Assembly: GCA_022710715.1 (NCBI GenBank)
Contig: JAKLGJ010000001.1
Coordinates: forward strand, 554,041-618,040
Origin: Candidatus Omnitrophota bacterium
GTDB lineage: Bacteria > Omnitrophota > Gorgyraeia > Gygaellales > Profunditerraquicolaceae
DNA length: 64,000 nucleotides
Direction: 5' to 3'
The notes beneath the pieces were generated by a model. It saw nothing but the letters and a program-made list of their open reading frames with translations. It was not told the origin of the DNA and did not search any database. Below, in pieces: positions 7,958-17,722 of this stretch (position 1 is its first letter; each line of letters begins with the position of its first letter). The translations under genes were made by a program, and so were the position numbers.

Positions 7958-8851
7958 TCAGCGGCTTGCCTCGGTGGCGAAAACGGTCATATCGAGATCC
8001 CGCAGGTAAAAGGTGTTTTTTTCACCGTGCCTGAACCAGCGCAGCTCTATGGTATGCTTCTGTTCCGGCTTGACGTTGGGAATAGTGATCTTCTGGCAGT
8101 TGATGGGCTGCGATTGTATCGGGGCCCATCCGCCGTATTCGGTCAGCCCGTAAGGGACTTCGTCGAACAAAAGCAGCGTATGAATCGCATCCGTGGGAGG
8201 TATGCCCTCCAGCGCTTCCGGATAAACGGAAACGCAATAATACACCTGAATGTCTTTTTCCACCGCGTATTCGACTTCGATCTTGCTGCGGGGAACAACA
8301 TGTTGCCAGCCGGGATGCCGGGGGTACTGGTACTCCGTCATCGGATCATCCGAAGCGGGGTAGTTAGCGACCTTGCAGGCGGCCGAAGGCGGGTACGGAC
8401 AGTGATAACTCTGCCGGCTTAGATGCACTTCAGGATAGGGATACATGGCGGTCAGGCGTAACGCGCGCTGGCCGGGGCTCTGCCCTTCCATGGCAACCCG
8501 GTCGTACCAGGCAGTCACGGTGATATTCTTATAGGGGATCTTGCGAAAATCGGGAGTATTCTTTCCCTGCAGCATCCGGGTCTCTTCGGGTGACACGGAA
8601 ATATTCCAGAAAGTTTTCAACCCGTCGATCCAGGACTGTTCCCCTGTTTCATTGCGCACGTAATCATACCCTCGCGCCAGAGTGCGTTCCATCTGGGTCT
8701 GCGCAACGCTCATGGCCCGGGAATCCAGTTCTTTGTTCTTGAGCATCTGAAAGCCGCCGCTCAAAGATACCACGATGATCCCGGAGATGATCACGGTGAT
8801 CACCACGGTTACCAGGAGTTCCACGTAGGTAAGACCCGTTCTGGTTCGCAT
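7958..8851 (-). CDS. prepilin-type N-terminal cleavage/methylation domain protein (pseudopilin-like, PilW/GspK-sized)
   Basis: 297 aa. MRTRTG|LTYVELLVTVVITVII has Gly at -1, Glu at +5 and a hydrophobic helix. The gene ends 1 nt before the next start. Confidence 0.7.
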   Translation of the reverse strand: MRTRTGLTYVELLVTVVITVIISGIIVVSLSGGFQMLKNKELDSRAMSVAQTQMERTLARGYDYVRNETGEQSWIDGLKTFWNISVSPEETRMLQGKNTPDFRKIPYKNITVTAWYDRVAMEGQSPGQRALRLTAMYPYPEVHLSRQSYHCPYPPSAACKVANYPASDDPMTEYQYPRHPGWQHVVPRSKIEVEYAVEKDIQVYYCVSVYPEALEGIPPTDAIHTLLLFDEVPYGLTEYGGWAPIQSQPINCQKITIPNVKPEQKHTIELRWFRHGEKNTFYLRDLDMTVFATEASR

Positions 8852-8852
8852 A

Positions 8853-9683
8853 TTAGAGTTCTCGGTCCAGCGGCATAAGGGTAATGGTCATCTGCCGGCT
8901 GTTGGCCGGGCTGAAGACCGTCAGCGGCGAATCGTTTTTCCAGTAGATCTCGATAATCAGGCTTGCGGGAAGTTCGCCGTTGTAATCATCGGGCATGATC
9001 AATGCGCTGCCCGTCATTACCGGTTCGCAGGGCGGAGAAGGCGGCGGAGGCGGCGTAGATACATGGGTCCTTTCCTCTCCCGGCGGCATCGAAATCTTGG
9101 CTTCTCCCTTTGGGTTCTTCATATCGGAGTTGACGATACAGCGGGAAATCACCGAATATCCCTCGGGAAAAGCCTGGATCGACGTGCCGTACCAGGCCCC
9201 TTCGCAGAGTTTATTCTCGATCTCCATCGCCGCCGGAGAATTGCCGAATACCTCCATTGTCCAGGTTACGATGACCTTGGCTGTTTTGCGGTATTCTTTA
9301 GGGATAGCAAGCTTATATTTGAATTCTTCCACCGGCACGAAATCCGCTTCCGATTCTTGAGCGGCTTTGCCGGAAAATTTGCTCTTGAGATGGATCGGCG
9401 CAAGGCTCAACCCGTCCGTGGCCGTGCCGTTTTCGACTTTTCCTTCGTGTTTGGCAGCGAGGTATTCCTCGCATTCAGGCTGTGTTCCGGCCTCAAAACT
9501 TTTGAAATGAGGATAACGCGCTTCGTCAAGTTCGATCCGGGATTTACCGGTGATCTCCTTGACCTGCGGGGTAAGATTTGCGGTCATTTGAGCGGTATCC
9601 TTGGCCAGGGCCGTCCCGCTTACGAGCAACCACAACGATAAGAACACACCGACTCCCACTGCGCTTCTGTTCGATTGTTTCAT
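8853..9683 (-). CDS. secreted hypothetical protein (signal peptide; PPPPPSPP linker)
   Basis: 276 aa. Signal peptide MKQSNRSAVGVGVFLSLWLLVSGTALA. No recognisable domain. Tightly linked within the pseudopilin cluster. Confidence 0.55.
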   Translation of the reverse strand: MKQSNRSAVGVGVFLSLWLLVSGTALAKDTAQMTANLTPQVKEITGKSRIELDEARYPHFKSFEAGTQPECEEYLAAKHEGKVENGTATDGLSLAPIHLKSKFSGKAAQESEADFVPVEEFKYKLAIPKEYRKTAKVIVTWTMEVFGNSPAAMEIENKLCEGAWYGTSIQAFPEGYSVISRCIVNSDMKNPKGEAKISMPPGEERTHVSTPPPPPSPPCEPVMTGSALIMPDDYNGELPASLIIEIYWKNDSPLTVFSPANSRQMTITLMPLDREL

Positions 9684-9695
9684 TGTTTCCTCCTT

Positions 9696-11054
9696 TTATT
9701 CCTTGCCGGATGGAGTGACGTCATGCCGCTGGGCACGGTAAATTTTCAATTCGACGCCCTTCAACCATACCGATAATTCGGCTTTCTTCTGGTCATCGTC
9801 GAACATGGGAATGAAATAGCAGAGTTCGACAGTATATGTTTTGAACGGCTCAAGTCCGCCGTTTTCGGGTTTCTCGTCGAAATAAGCCGCAGCTTCGATA
9901 GAGCAGTTGCCCCGGAAGGAACGCTGATGATGCGAGCTGTAAGCCTTGGTCTGGCCGCTGGGATCGATGATCCTGACCATCGAGAAGAATTGCGGCGGGT
10001 CTATGGACGGATTATCTTCGGCATACGTGCTGACCGGGGTGATGGTTTCCACGTTGATCGACCAGATCACGCCGATAGCTTCGTTTTCGCGGGCGCTGAA
10101 CATGAATTTCATGCTTTTACCGGCCGGAAAACCGTCAATATCGTCGATGGGCAGATAGTCTTTATCCGTCAAGCCCAGGATCCACTGGGTGTAGGCTTCT
10201 TCCACAAGCTTGCACTCTTCCGGGCTGGGTGCTGTCCGGCACGGGCTGTTCGCGCTTACCAGTGTATCGCAGGCAGATTCTTTGCAGGGAGGATTGCTGC
10301 CGGTAAACAGCGGTTCCCGGCAGCAGTTATAATCGCGCACGCATTTTTCCCATCCTTTTACGTCGCTGGAGCAGCGCGCGGCGCAGGATTTGAAATCGAC
10401 GGTCGGCACGTATTTGTAGCAGAAGTTCGGAGAGTTGTTGCATTTCGCTCTGTCGGCCTGCTGGGAATCGTCGTAAAATTCGATACTTCTGGAACAACTG
10501 CGGATATCCGGGTTGTTCGGCGTGCAGAACCGCCTGGGGGCGTATCCTCTGCGGTCGCAATACCAGATCGTGGAATCGGAGGGATCGACTTTGCAATCGC
10601 CCTCCGGTTGAAAAGCCGGGCAGCCATCCTCGTAACAGTTGAACTGGCCGCCGCTGCAGGCGGGATTGCAATTATCGTTTACGTCGATAGGCGAACATTC
10701 GCTGGGACGGAAAGGTATCTGTTTGGGCGTGCAGTCAAAAGAGTAACATTTTTTGTGCGGCGTGCCGGCGCTGTCGTATTCCAGGCAGGTGTCTTCCGGA
10801 CACCGGAGGCGCAATTCGTTGCATTTCCTGCAGGCTTTCCTTTTCACGAGTATCTCGGAGCCGGCAAAATCCGAATCCTGCAGCTGTAAATGCAAACCGC
10901 GGGCTACAGCGGAATTGATCGCGAAATCCTTGGGAAGATAATTGATCACGCGTTTGCCGCTATCTTCCGCGGTTCCGGCTAACGGCAAAAAAAAGACCAT
11001 GGCCACAGCAAGGCACATGGTGAAAATAACCGGTTGAGTGCGCAATTGTCCCAT
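9696..11054 (-). CDS. cysteine-rich secreted protein (putative adhesin / filament-tip protein), novel
   Basis: 452 aa. Signal peptide, then a roughly 230-aa region with about 45 Cys in irregular CxC / CxxC / Cx(n)C spacing, then a Cys-poor ~150-aa C-terminal domain. I recognise no catalytic motif. Confidence 0.6.
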   Translation of the reverse strand: MGQLRTQPVIFTMCLAVAMVFFLPLAGTAEDSGKRVINYLPKDFAINSAVARGLHLQLQDSDFAGSEILVKRKACRKCNELRLRCPEDTCLEYDSAGTPHKKCYSFDCTPKQIPFRPSECSPIDVNDNCNPACSGGQFNCYEDGCPAFQPEGDCKVDPSDSTIWYCDRRGYAPRRFCTPNNPDIRSCSRSIEFYDDSQQADRAKCNNSPNFCYKYVPTVDFKSCAARCSSDVKGWEKCVRDYNCCREPLFTGSNPPCKESACDTLVSANSPCRTAPSPEECKLVEEAYTQWILGLTDKDYLPIDDIDGFPAGKSMKFMFSARENEAIGVIWSINVETITPVSTYAEDNPSIDPPQFFSMVRIIDPSGQTKAYSSHHQRSFRGNCSIEAAAYFDEKPENGGLEPFKTYTVELCYFIPMFDDDQKKAELSVWLKGVELKIYRAQRHDVTPSGKE

Positions 11055-11103
11055 ACTGAAAATATAGCATATTTTTCAGTAATTACAACAAAAAGTCGCG
11101 AAA

Positions 11104-11484
11104 TCAATACCCTTTAAGGGTTTCTTTGCGTACGTGATAGTTGATGGTATCGCAGAGATTTTTCCGGTCGCGTTCCTCTATTTCCTGAAATGCCACTCTG
11201 GTTTCATAGATAGAATCCGGAGTGACTTCCTGGCAGGCAAGCACCCTGCCTTTCACAAACACCGGTTGGGCGGTTATGGGAAGACGGATGTGCAAACCGA
11301 AAGCCGTGTCAGGTTCATACGGCCTGCTGGTGGTAAAACGGATCCCGCCCATTCCTATATCCCGGGTCTGGGAAACGTCGGTAATAACGAACTGGGTATT
11401 CTCAACCATTCCGTAGGAAACCAGAAAACGGGCATGGGCGCGGGGAAAGCTGCGTTTATCGGTGTGGGAAGTCTGTTGCTCCAT
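11104..11484 (-). CDS. PilZ-like c-di-GMP receptor domain protein
   Basis: 126 aa. Contains RSFPR (RxxxR) and, about 25 aa later, DIGMGGIRF (a D-x-S/G-x-G-G variant) in the spacing typical of PilZ domains. Confidence 0.55.
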   Translation of the reverse strand: MEQQTSHTDKRSFPRAHARFLVSYGMVENTQFVITDVSQTRDIGMGGIRFTTSRPYEPDTAFGLHIRLPITAQPVFVKGRVLACQEVTPDSIYETRVAFQEIEERDRKNLCDTINYHVRKETLKGY

Positions 11485-11507
11485 TCGGTCCCTCCTTCCG
11501 GGAAAGC

Positions 11508-11990
11508 CTAATTCTGCGAATAATACCTGTTGATGGTTTTGACTATTTCCTTGTTCGTGGCGATAAAAGGCATAACGTTCAGATCGGAAAAATACCGCAA
11601 TTCTTCGAATGCGCGGTGATTGAGAGGATTAGCCGCTGCCACCGTCAGATTCCGGCCGTATACATCGACCGGCATCAGGTGATATTTCCGGCAGAACCAT
11701 TCCGGCACCAGCGCCACAACGTCGGGATTCAGCTGATAATGCTCTAACGGCAGGTACGGAACGCTGTACTGCGCGGTAAACGCCTGGATAATATCTTCTT
11801 CACTGGCCAGTTCAAGGCTCAACAGGATCTCGCCGAAAAAGTTATGGCCGTTCTGCGACAGTTCACCGCTGATCGCCAGGACCTTCTCCAGCTGAACCTC
11901 GTTGAGGATCCCCCGTTCCAGCAGGATCTCGCCCATGCGTTTCGCGGTAAGACGTTTCTTGAGATGGATCGGATGATCGGGTTTAACCAT
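11508..11990 (-). CDS. stand-alone GspE/MshE N-terminal (MshEN-like) domain protein with c-di-GMP-binding motifs
   Basis: 160 aa after moving the start to MVKPDHP... (ATG at 11990, RBS GAGGAG). RMGEILLERGILNEVQLEKVLAISGELSQ fits the MshEN motif R(L/M)GxxLLxxGxLxxxQLxxAL..Q. A second degenerate copy is FFGEILLSLELASEEDIIQAFTAQ. There is no ATPase domain. Confidence 0.65.
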   Translation of the reverse strand: MVKPDHPIHLKKRLTAKRMGEILLERGILNEVQLEKVLAISGELSQNGHNFFGEILLSLELASEEDIIQAFTAQYSVPYLPLEHYQLNPDVVALVPEWFCRKYHLMPVDVYGRNLTVAAANPLNHRAFEELRYFSDLNVMPFIATNKEIVKTINRYYSQN

Positions 11991-12003
11991 GAGTCTCCTC
12001 TCA

Positions 12004-12056
12004 ACAAAAAAACCACGGTCTCTTAAAAACCGGTTACCCGGTTCAAGATTCCGTGG
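12004..12056 (-). terminator. terminator-like hairpin plus U7, 14 nt upstream of the MshEN-like gene ATG (UvrD terminator and/or leader attenuator)
   Basis: Minus-strand RNA CCACGG...CCGGGUAACCGG...CCGUGG followed by UUUUUUUGUUG. It lies between a predicted promoter and the RBS. Confidence 0.4.
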
Positions 12057-12071
12057 CTGTAGGTTGTAAGA

Positions 12072-12100
12072 ACTATAGCATACGAACGCGCACATTTCAA
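12072..12100 (-). promoter_or_regulatory. predicted sigma70 promoter of the pseudopilin/c-di-GMP receptor cluster (TTGAAA-17-TATAGT)
   Basis: Minus strand reads TTGAAAtgtgcgcgttcgtatgcTATAGT, immediately after the UvrD stop. Confidence 0.3.
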
Positions 12101-12118
12101 GCCGGAGAGAAAATTTTT

Positions 12119-14065
12119 TCAGATCACGTCGTAATCGAGCCGGACTTCCTGATCGAGCTTGGAAAGGACCTGGTGGGAATCGAGGAAACGCGAAACTTTG
12201 TTGAACTGGCTTAAGCCCATGCCGGTATTCTCATGATGCACGGATAGAAAAAGCCTGGTTTTCGCCCGGGTGAGCGCCACGTAAAAAAGCCGCTGTTCCT
12301 CTTCTATACTGGAGTCGTCATTCAAAGCAAAGCTGACCGGCAGCACTCCGTCGATCAGTCCGATCAGGAACACGCATTCCCATTCCAGCCCCTTGGCGGA
12401 ATGAATCGTCGACAAGGTCACGGGTTTTTCTTCATCGGGCAGGCTTGCCTGCGCCTGCGCCACTCCCCGGTCCGGAGGCTCCAGGGCGAAGTCGGCCAGG
12501 AAATCGCCGAGCGAGTCGTAACGCTGGGCGATTTGTTTGATCGCCTCGAAATCGTTGATGCGCTGGTTCCAGTCGTCGAATTTGTTCTTGAGTATCGGCA
12601 GATAATAGTCGATCAGCGTTTCCAGCTTGTCCGCGGTCCTGACCTGCGCATCTGAAAGTTTTTCCAGGGTGACGACCAGCCGCGCGATATCGCGGGCGAA
12701 TTTATACTGTCTGGTCTCTTCGGGCAGCACGGAGCTCACCGCCCGGTTCAGATCGCCGGCAGCGTTGATCTTGTCCACGATCTTGCTGGCGGTTTTCGGG
12801 CCGATGCCTTCGATCAACTGCAGCATGCGCGCCCAGGAGAGCTCGTCTTTATAATTGGCGACGATCTTCAAATGCGCCAGAACGTCTTTTACATGAGCGG
12901 TTTCATAGAATTTCATGCCCCCGTACACCTGGAAGGGGATGCTGCGGCGGCTTAATTCCAGTTGTAACGGGATAGACAGGTACGCGGAGCGGAAGAGCAC
13001 CGCCTGATGGGAAAATGCCAGGCCTTCGCTGCGCAGCTGGAGCATCTTGTCCGCGATCCATTCCGCTTCCGAAGAACTGTCCTGAAAAAATGACAACTGG
13101 GGTTTCTCCCCCTCCGTCCCTTTGGCGGAGAAAAGCTCTTTTTTGTACTTTGAGGTCATATTGTTGAGCACGGCATTAGCCACTTCCAGGATCGCCTGGC
13201 TGCTGCGGTAATTAGCCTCCAGCTTGAATACTTTGCATCCGGCGAAACGCTGCGGGAACTCCATGATGTTCTCGTGCGTGGCGCCCCGGAAGCCGTAAAT
13301 GCTCTGCGCGTCGTCACCGACGACCATGCAGTTGCGGAATTTCTGCGCCAGCAGAAAGGTGATATCGGCCTGCAGCCGGTTGGTGTCCTGGTATTCGTCA
13401 ACCATGATGTAACGGAATTTTTCCGACAGCCCCTCGCGGATGTTTTCGTTCCGGGTCAATAACAGCCGCAGGTAGATCAGGAGGTCGTCGTAATCGAAAT
13501 AATTCTTTTCCATCTTGTAGCGCGCGTAGGCCGCCTTGATCTTTTCCATTTCCGGCACATATTCACAAAAATGCGGATATTCCTTCTCCACTACCTGGTC
13601 CAGAGAAAGGCTTTTATTAACCGACATGGAGAGTATCTTGCGCAGGGTGTCTTTGCGCGGGAAACGCTTGCTCTTTTCGTTAAGCCCGAGTTTACCCAGA
13701 CAGAGATGAATGGCGTCTTCGGCGTCCGATTCATCGATGATCATGAAGGAATCGAATCCGATGTGCCGGGAATGCTTCTTGAGCACCTGATAGGCAAACG
13801 AATGGAAGGTCCCTCCTTCCACGTAACTGCAGCGGATGTCGTTGCGCGAAGCCCGGGCGAGCATTTGCTGCGCCGCTTTGCGGGTAAAGGTCAGAAGCAG
13901 TATGGCGTGCGGGGGGATATTCTGCTGGACCATATGCAGCACGCGGTATTCGATCACTCTCGTTTTGCCGGATCCGGCGCCGGCGATAACCAGCACCGGT
14001 CCTTCGATGGTCTGCACTACCTGTAATTGTGACGGGTTAAGTTGTTGCGTTATATCAATGGTCAT
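12119..14065 (-). CDS. ATP-dependent DNA helicase, UvrD/PcrA/Rep (SF1) family
   Basis: 648 aa. Walker A GAGSGKTRV, motif II VDEYQDTN, motif VI VALTRAK. Confidence 0.85.
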   Translation of the reverse strand: MTIDITQQLNPSQLQVVQTIEGPVLVIAGAGSGKTRVIEYRVLHMVQQNIPPHAILLLTFTRKAAQQMLARASRNDIRCSYVEGGTFHSFAYQVLKKHSRHIGFDSFMIIDESDAEDAIHLCLGKLGLNEKSKRFPRKDTLRKILSMSVNKSLSLDQVVEKEYPHFCEYVPEMEKIKAAYARYKMEKNYFDYDDLLIYLRLLLTRNENIREGLSEKFRYIMVDEYQDTNRLQADITFLLAQKFRNCMVVGDDAQSIYGFRGATHENIMEFPQRFAGCKVFKLEANYRSSQAILEVANAVLNNMTSKYKKELFSAKGTEGEKPQLSFFQDSSSEAEWIADKMLQLRSEGLAFSHQAVLFRSAYLSIPLQLELSRRSIPFQVYGGMKFYETAHVKDVLAHLKIVANYKDELSWARMLQLIEGIGPKTASKIVDKINAAGDLNRAVSSVLPEETRQYKFARDIARLVVTLEKLSDAQVRTADKLETLIDYYLPILKNKFDDWNQRINDFEAIKQIAQRYDSLGDFLADFALEPPDRGVAQAQASLPDEEKPVTLSTIHSAKGLEWECVFLIGLIDGVLPVSFALNDDSSIEEEQRLFYVALTRAKTRLFLSVHHENTGMGLSQFNKVSRFLDSHQVLSKLDQEVRLDYDVI

Positions 14066-14499
14066 GGTTTTCCTATGGTTATTTCATCGCCGGACGTCCA
14101 ACCGCTTTCTGCGGCGAAGCCCGCCGGCACTTCCAGAACATACAACCCCGACTGCGAGGGCGTATACACCGGACACTGCGCCTGCGTGCAGGGCGGGACA
14201 TCGGTTTTGATCTCGACAATCCGCAGGTTTGCGTCGATCCAGATCATATCCAGGGAGATGACCGTATTCTTCATCCAGAACGCATGATAGTCCTGGTTTT
14301 CGAATGCGAACAGCATCCCTTTGCCCCGTTCCAGTTTTTTACGGAACATCAAACCCTGGGCGCGGTCGGTAACGCTCGACGCAAGTTCGGCAAGAACACA
14401 GGTGTTTTTACAGCAGACCTCCACTGTTTCCTGCGCGCTGGCAGTCAGGCCGTTCAAGACCATGACTGCGACTACAATGATGAGTTTAATTTTTGACAT
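14062..14499 (-). CDS. DUF192 domain protein (secreted/periplasmic)
   Basis: 145 aa, signal peptide, RAQGLMFR...GMLFAF...FWMKNTVISLDMIWID is characteristic of DUF192 (COG1430). Confidence 0.7.
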   Translation of the reverse strand: MSKIKLIIVVAVMVLNGLTASAQETVEVCCKNTCVLAELASSVTDRAQGLMFRKKLERGKGMLFAFENQDYHAFWMKNTVISLDMIWIDANLRIVEIKTDVPPCTQAQCPVYTPSQSGLYVLEVPAGFAAESGWTSGDEITIGKP

Positions 14500-16162
14500 G
14501 GTGGCCCAGTATACGCACGGATTCGACGATCAGGAAAAAAGCCAGGACCAGCAGCACAATGCCGGTAATGACCATCGGCTCGAAAGTAAAAGTCCCCCGC
14601 AGGAGTACACCCGTCAGCCAGGGTTTGAGCAGCAAAAGCAGCGAGACGATCGCCACCGCCGACATGAAAATCGCCGGCAGCAACGTTACCAGGAATTTCT
14701 TTTTCCCGCGGTAGAGCCAGATGCTCAATCCCAGCAGGGTCATGGCTGCCAGCAACTGGTTGCTCGATCCGAAGACCGTCCAGAAGAGTTTCCAGGCCGG
14801 GATGTTCGCTCCGTCGGGACTGGTCACTTTGCGCATGATGAACAACAGCGGCAAAGCCAGCGTGGCTATGGTGGCTATGGCCGCCCCCGCTCTGCCTTTA
14901 AGGCCGCAGAATTCCTGGAAGATATACCGGCCCAGGCGGGTGGCCACATCGAGGGTATCGAAGACGAAAGTGGCGAATGCCAGCAGCGCGAAATTAAAAG
15001 CGAAATCTTTCGCTATCCCCAGATTGGAAAGAAAAAGCGCGACGCCGTTGGCGAATATGCGATTGGGGTCCTGCAGCGCCTGCGCATCGGCCCGGGAAAG
15101 GATGACCAGAGTGGCCAGAGCGATCAGGGCGACGAAACTTTCCAGCAGCATGCCGCCGTAGCCGACTATCCGAACGTCTTTTTCCCGGGCGATCTGTTTG
15201 GATGTCGTTCCGGATGAAACGATCGAATGGAATCCTGAACAGGCTCCGCAGGCGACGGTGGTAAAGAGTATCGGCAGCAGCGGTAATCCCTGGGGCGTGG
15301 TCCATTGAACAAAAGCCGGATACTGCAGCAGGTACTGCTGGGTGAGTGCGCCGATAACCAGACCGATGAAAGAAACTCCGGCGGTCAGGCTCAAGAAAAA
15401 TCCTCCCAGATAACCGCGCGGCTGCAGAAGCAGCCAGACGGGTATCACCGAAGCGACGAAACAGTAGATCAGCAGCAGGATATCCCAGGAAACGCGGTTG
15501 TCCAGCCCGAAAGCCGGCGGCAGGTGAACTGGAAAATGCGGGCCGAGGAAAATGCAGACCAGCACCAGAGGCATGAAGATCAGCGTGGAGACGACCAGCG
15601 GCAGTTTAAAACGGCGCAGGAATAATCCCATGAGCAAGGCCAGCCCCAGATACATCAGAGACGAAGAAGCCACCTGCGCGCCGTGTTCAGGTTCGATGAA
15701 GGTGCTGGCGGTGATATCGGTGAATGCGGTAACGATATAAACGATCGAGAACCACAGGAACGCCAGAAAGAGCGTGAAGGCTTTCCGGCTCATGTTTTCA
15801 TGGATGATCTCGGCGATGGACTTGCCCTGATGGCGCAGGGAAGCCACCATCGCAGCCATATCGTGTACTCCGCCGATGAAAATGCCGCCCAGGATGATCC
15901 AGAGCGCGGTCGGCAGCCAGCCGAACCAGACGCCGGCCAGAATCGGCCCGACAATCGGTCCGGCAGCGGCAATCGCCGAGAGGTGTTGTCCGAGAAGATA
16001 GAATCTGTTGGTGGGGATGAAATCCTGGTTGTCCCGCAGCCGCACGGCCGGAGTGGCTCTGCGGTTATCCAGCCCGAACAGTTTGCTCAAGTAACGGCCG
16101 TACAGCTTGTAGCCGGCTATGAGTAAAACGATTCCAGAAAGTAGCAGTTGTAAGATAGTCAC
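14486..16162 (-). CDS. cstA: carbon starvation protein A (CstA family peptide transporter)
   Basis: 558 aa polytopic membrane protein alignable with E. coli CstA along its length (TPAVR..D..PT..., AAIAGAGPLVGP, GYGGMLLESFVA). Confidence 0.85.
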   Translation of the reverse strand: MTILQLLLSGIVLLIAGYKLYGRYLSKLFGLDNRRATPAVRLRDNQDFIPTNRFYLLGQHLSAIAAAGPIVGPILAGVWFGWLPTALWIILGGIFIGGVHDMAAMVASLRHQGKSIAEIIHENMSRKAFTLFLAFLWFSIVYIVTAFTDITASTFIEPEHGAQVASSSLMYLGLALLMGLFLRRFKLPLVVSTLIFMPLVLVCIFLGPHFPVHLPPAFGLDNRVSWDILLLIYCFVASVIPVWLLLQPRGYLGGFFLSLTAGVSFIGLVIGALTQQYLLQYPAFVQWTTPQGLPLLPILFTTVACGACSGFHSIVSSGTTSKQIAREKDVRIVGYGGMLLESFVALIALATLVILSRADAQALQDPNRIFANGVALFLSNLGIAKDFAFNFALLAFATFVFDTLDVATRLGRYIFQEFCGLKGRAGAAIATIATLALPLLFIMRKVTSPDGANIPAWKLFWTVFGSSNQLLAAMTLLGLSIWLYRGKKKFLVTLLPAIFMSAVAIVSLLLLLKPWLTGVLLRGTFTFEPMVITGIVLLVLAFFLIVESVRILGHHVKN

Positions 16163-16177
16163 CTGAAATAAACGAGA

Positions 16178-17718
<1,541 letters not shown>

Positions 17719-17722
<4 letters not shown>

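Noticed and set aside
11991-12095. Upstream extensions of track ORFs: MshEN-like, dnaG (19474-19551), repeat protein (23934-24062), aminotransferase (32574-32873), rpoA (34154-34204), rplV (44616-44714), rpsL (51978-52043), rpoB (59439-59474), rplK (61576-61599)
   Set aside because: The extensions overlap the upstream gene or regulatory hairpins and encode atypical sequence. The conserved N-termini and RBSs, with ATGs confirmed in sequence where I could, support the shorter forms.
14321-15217. 298-aa plus-strand ORF, along with similar long plus-strand ORFs at 16193-17389, 21605-22672, 47680-48762, 53785-55230 and 58251-59528
   Set aside because: Each lies entirely antisense to a strongly supported minus-strand gene (cstA, rpoD, groEL, tuf, rpoC, rpoB). 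The translations are Arg/Ala/Gly-rich and low-complexity, as expected for stop-codon-poor frames opposite GC-rich coding DNA.
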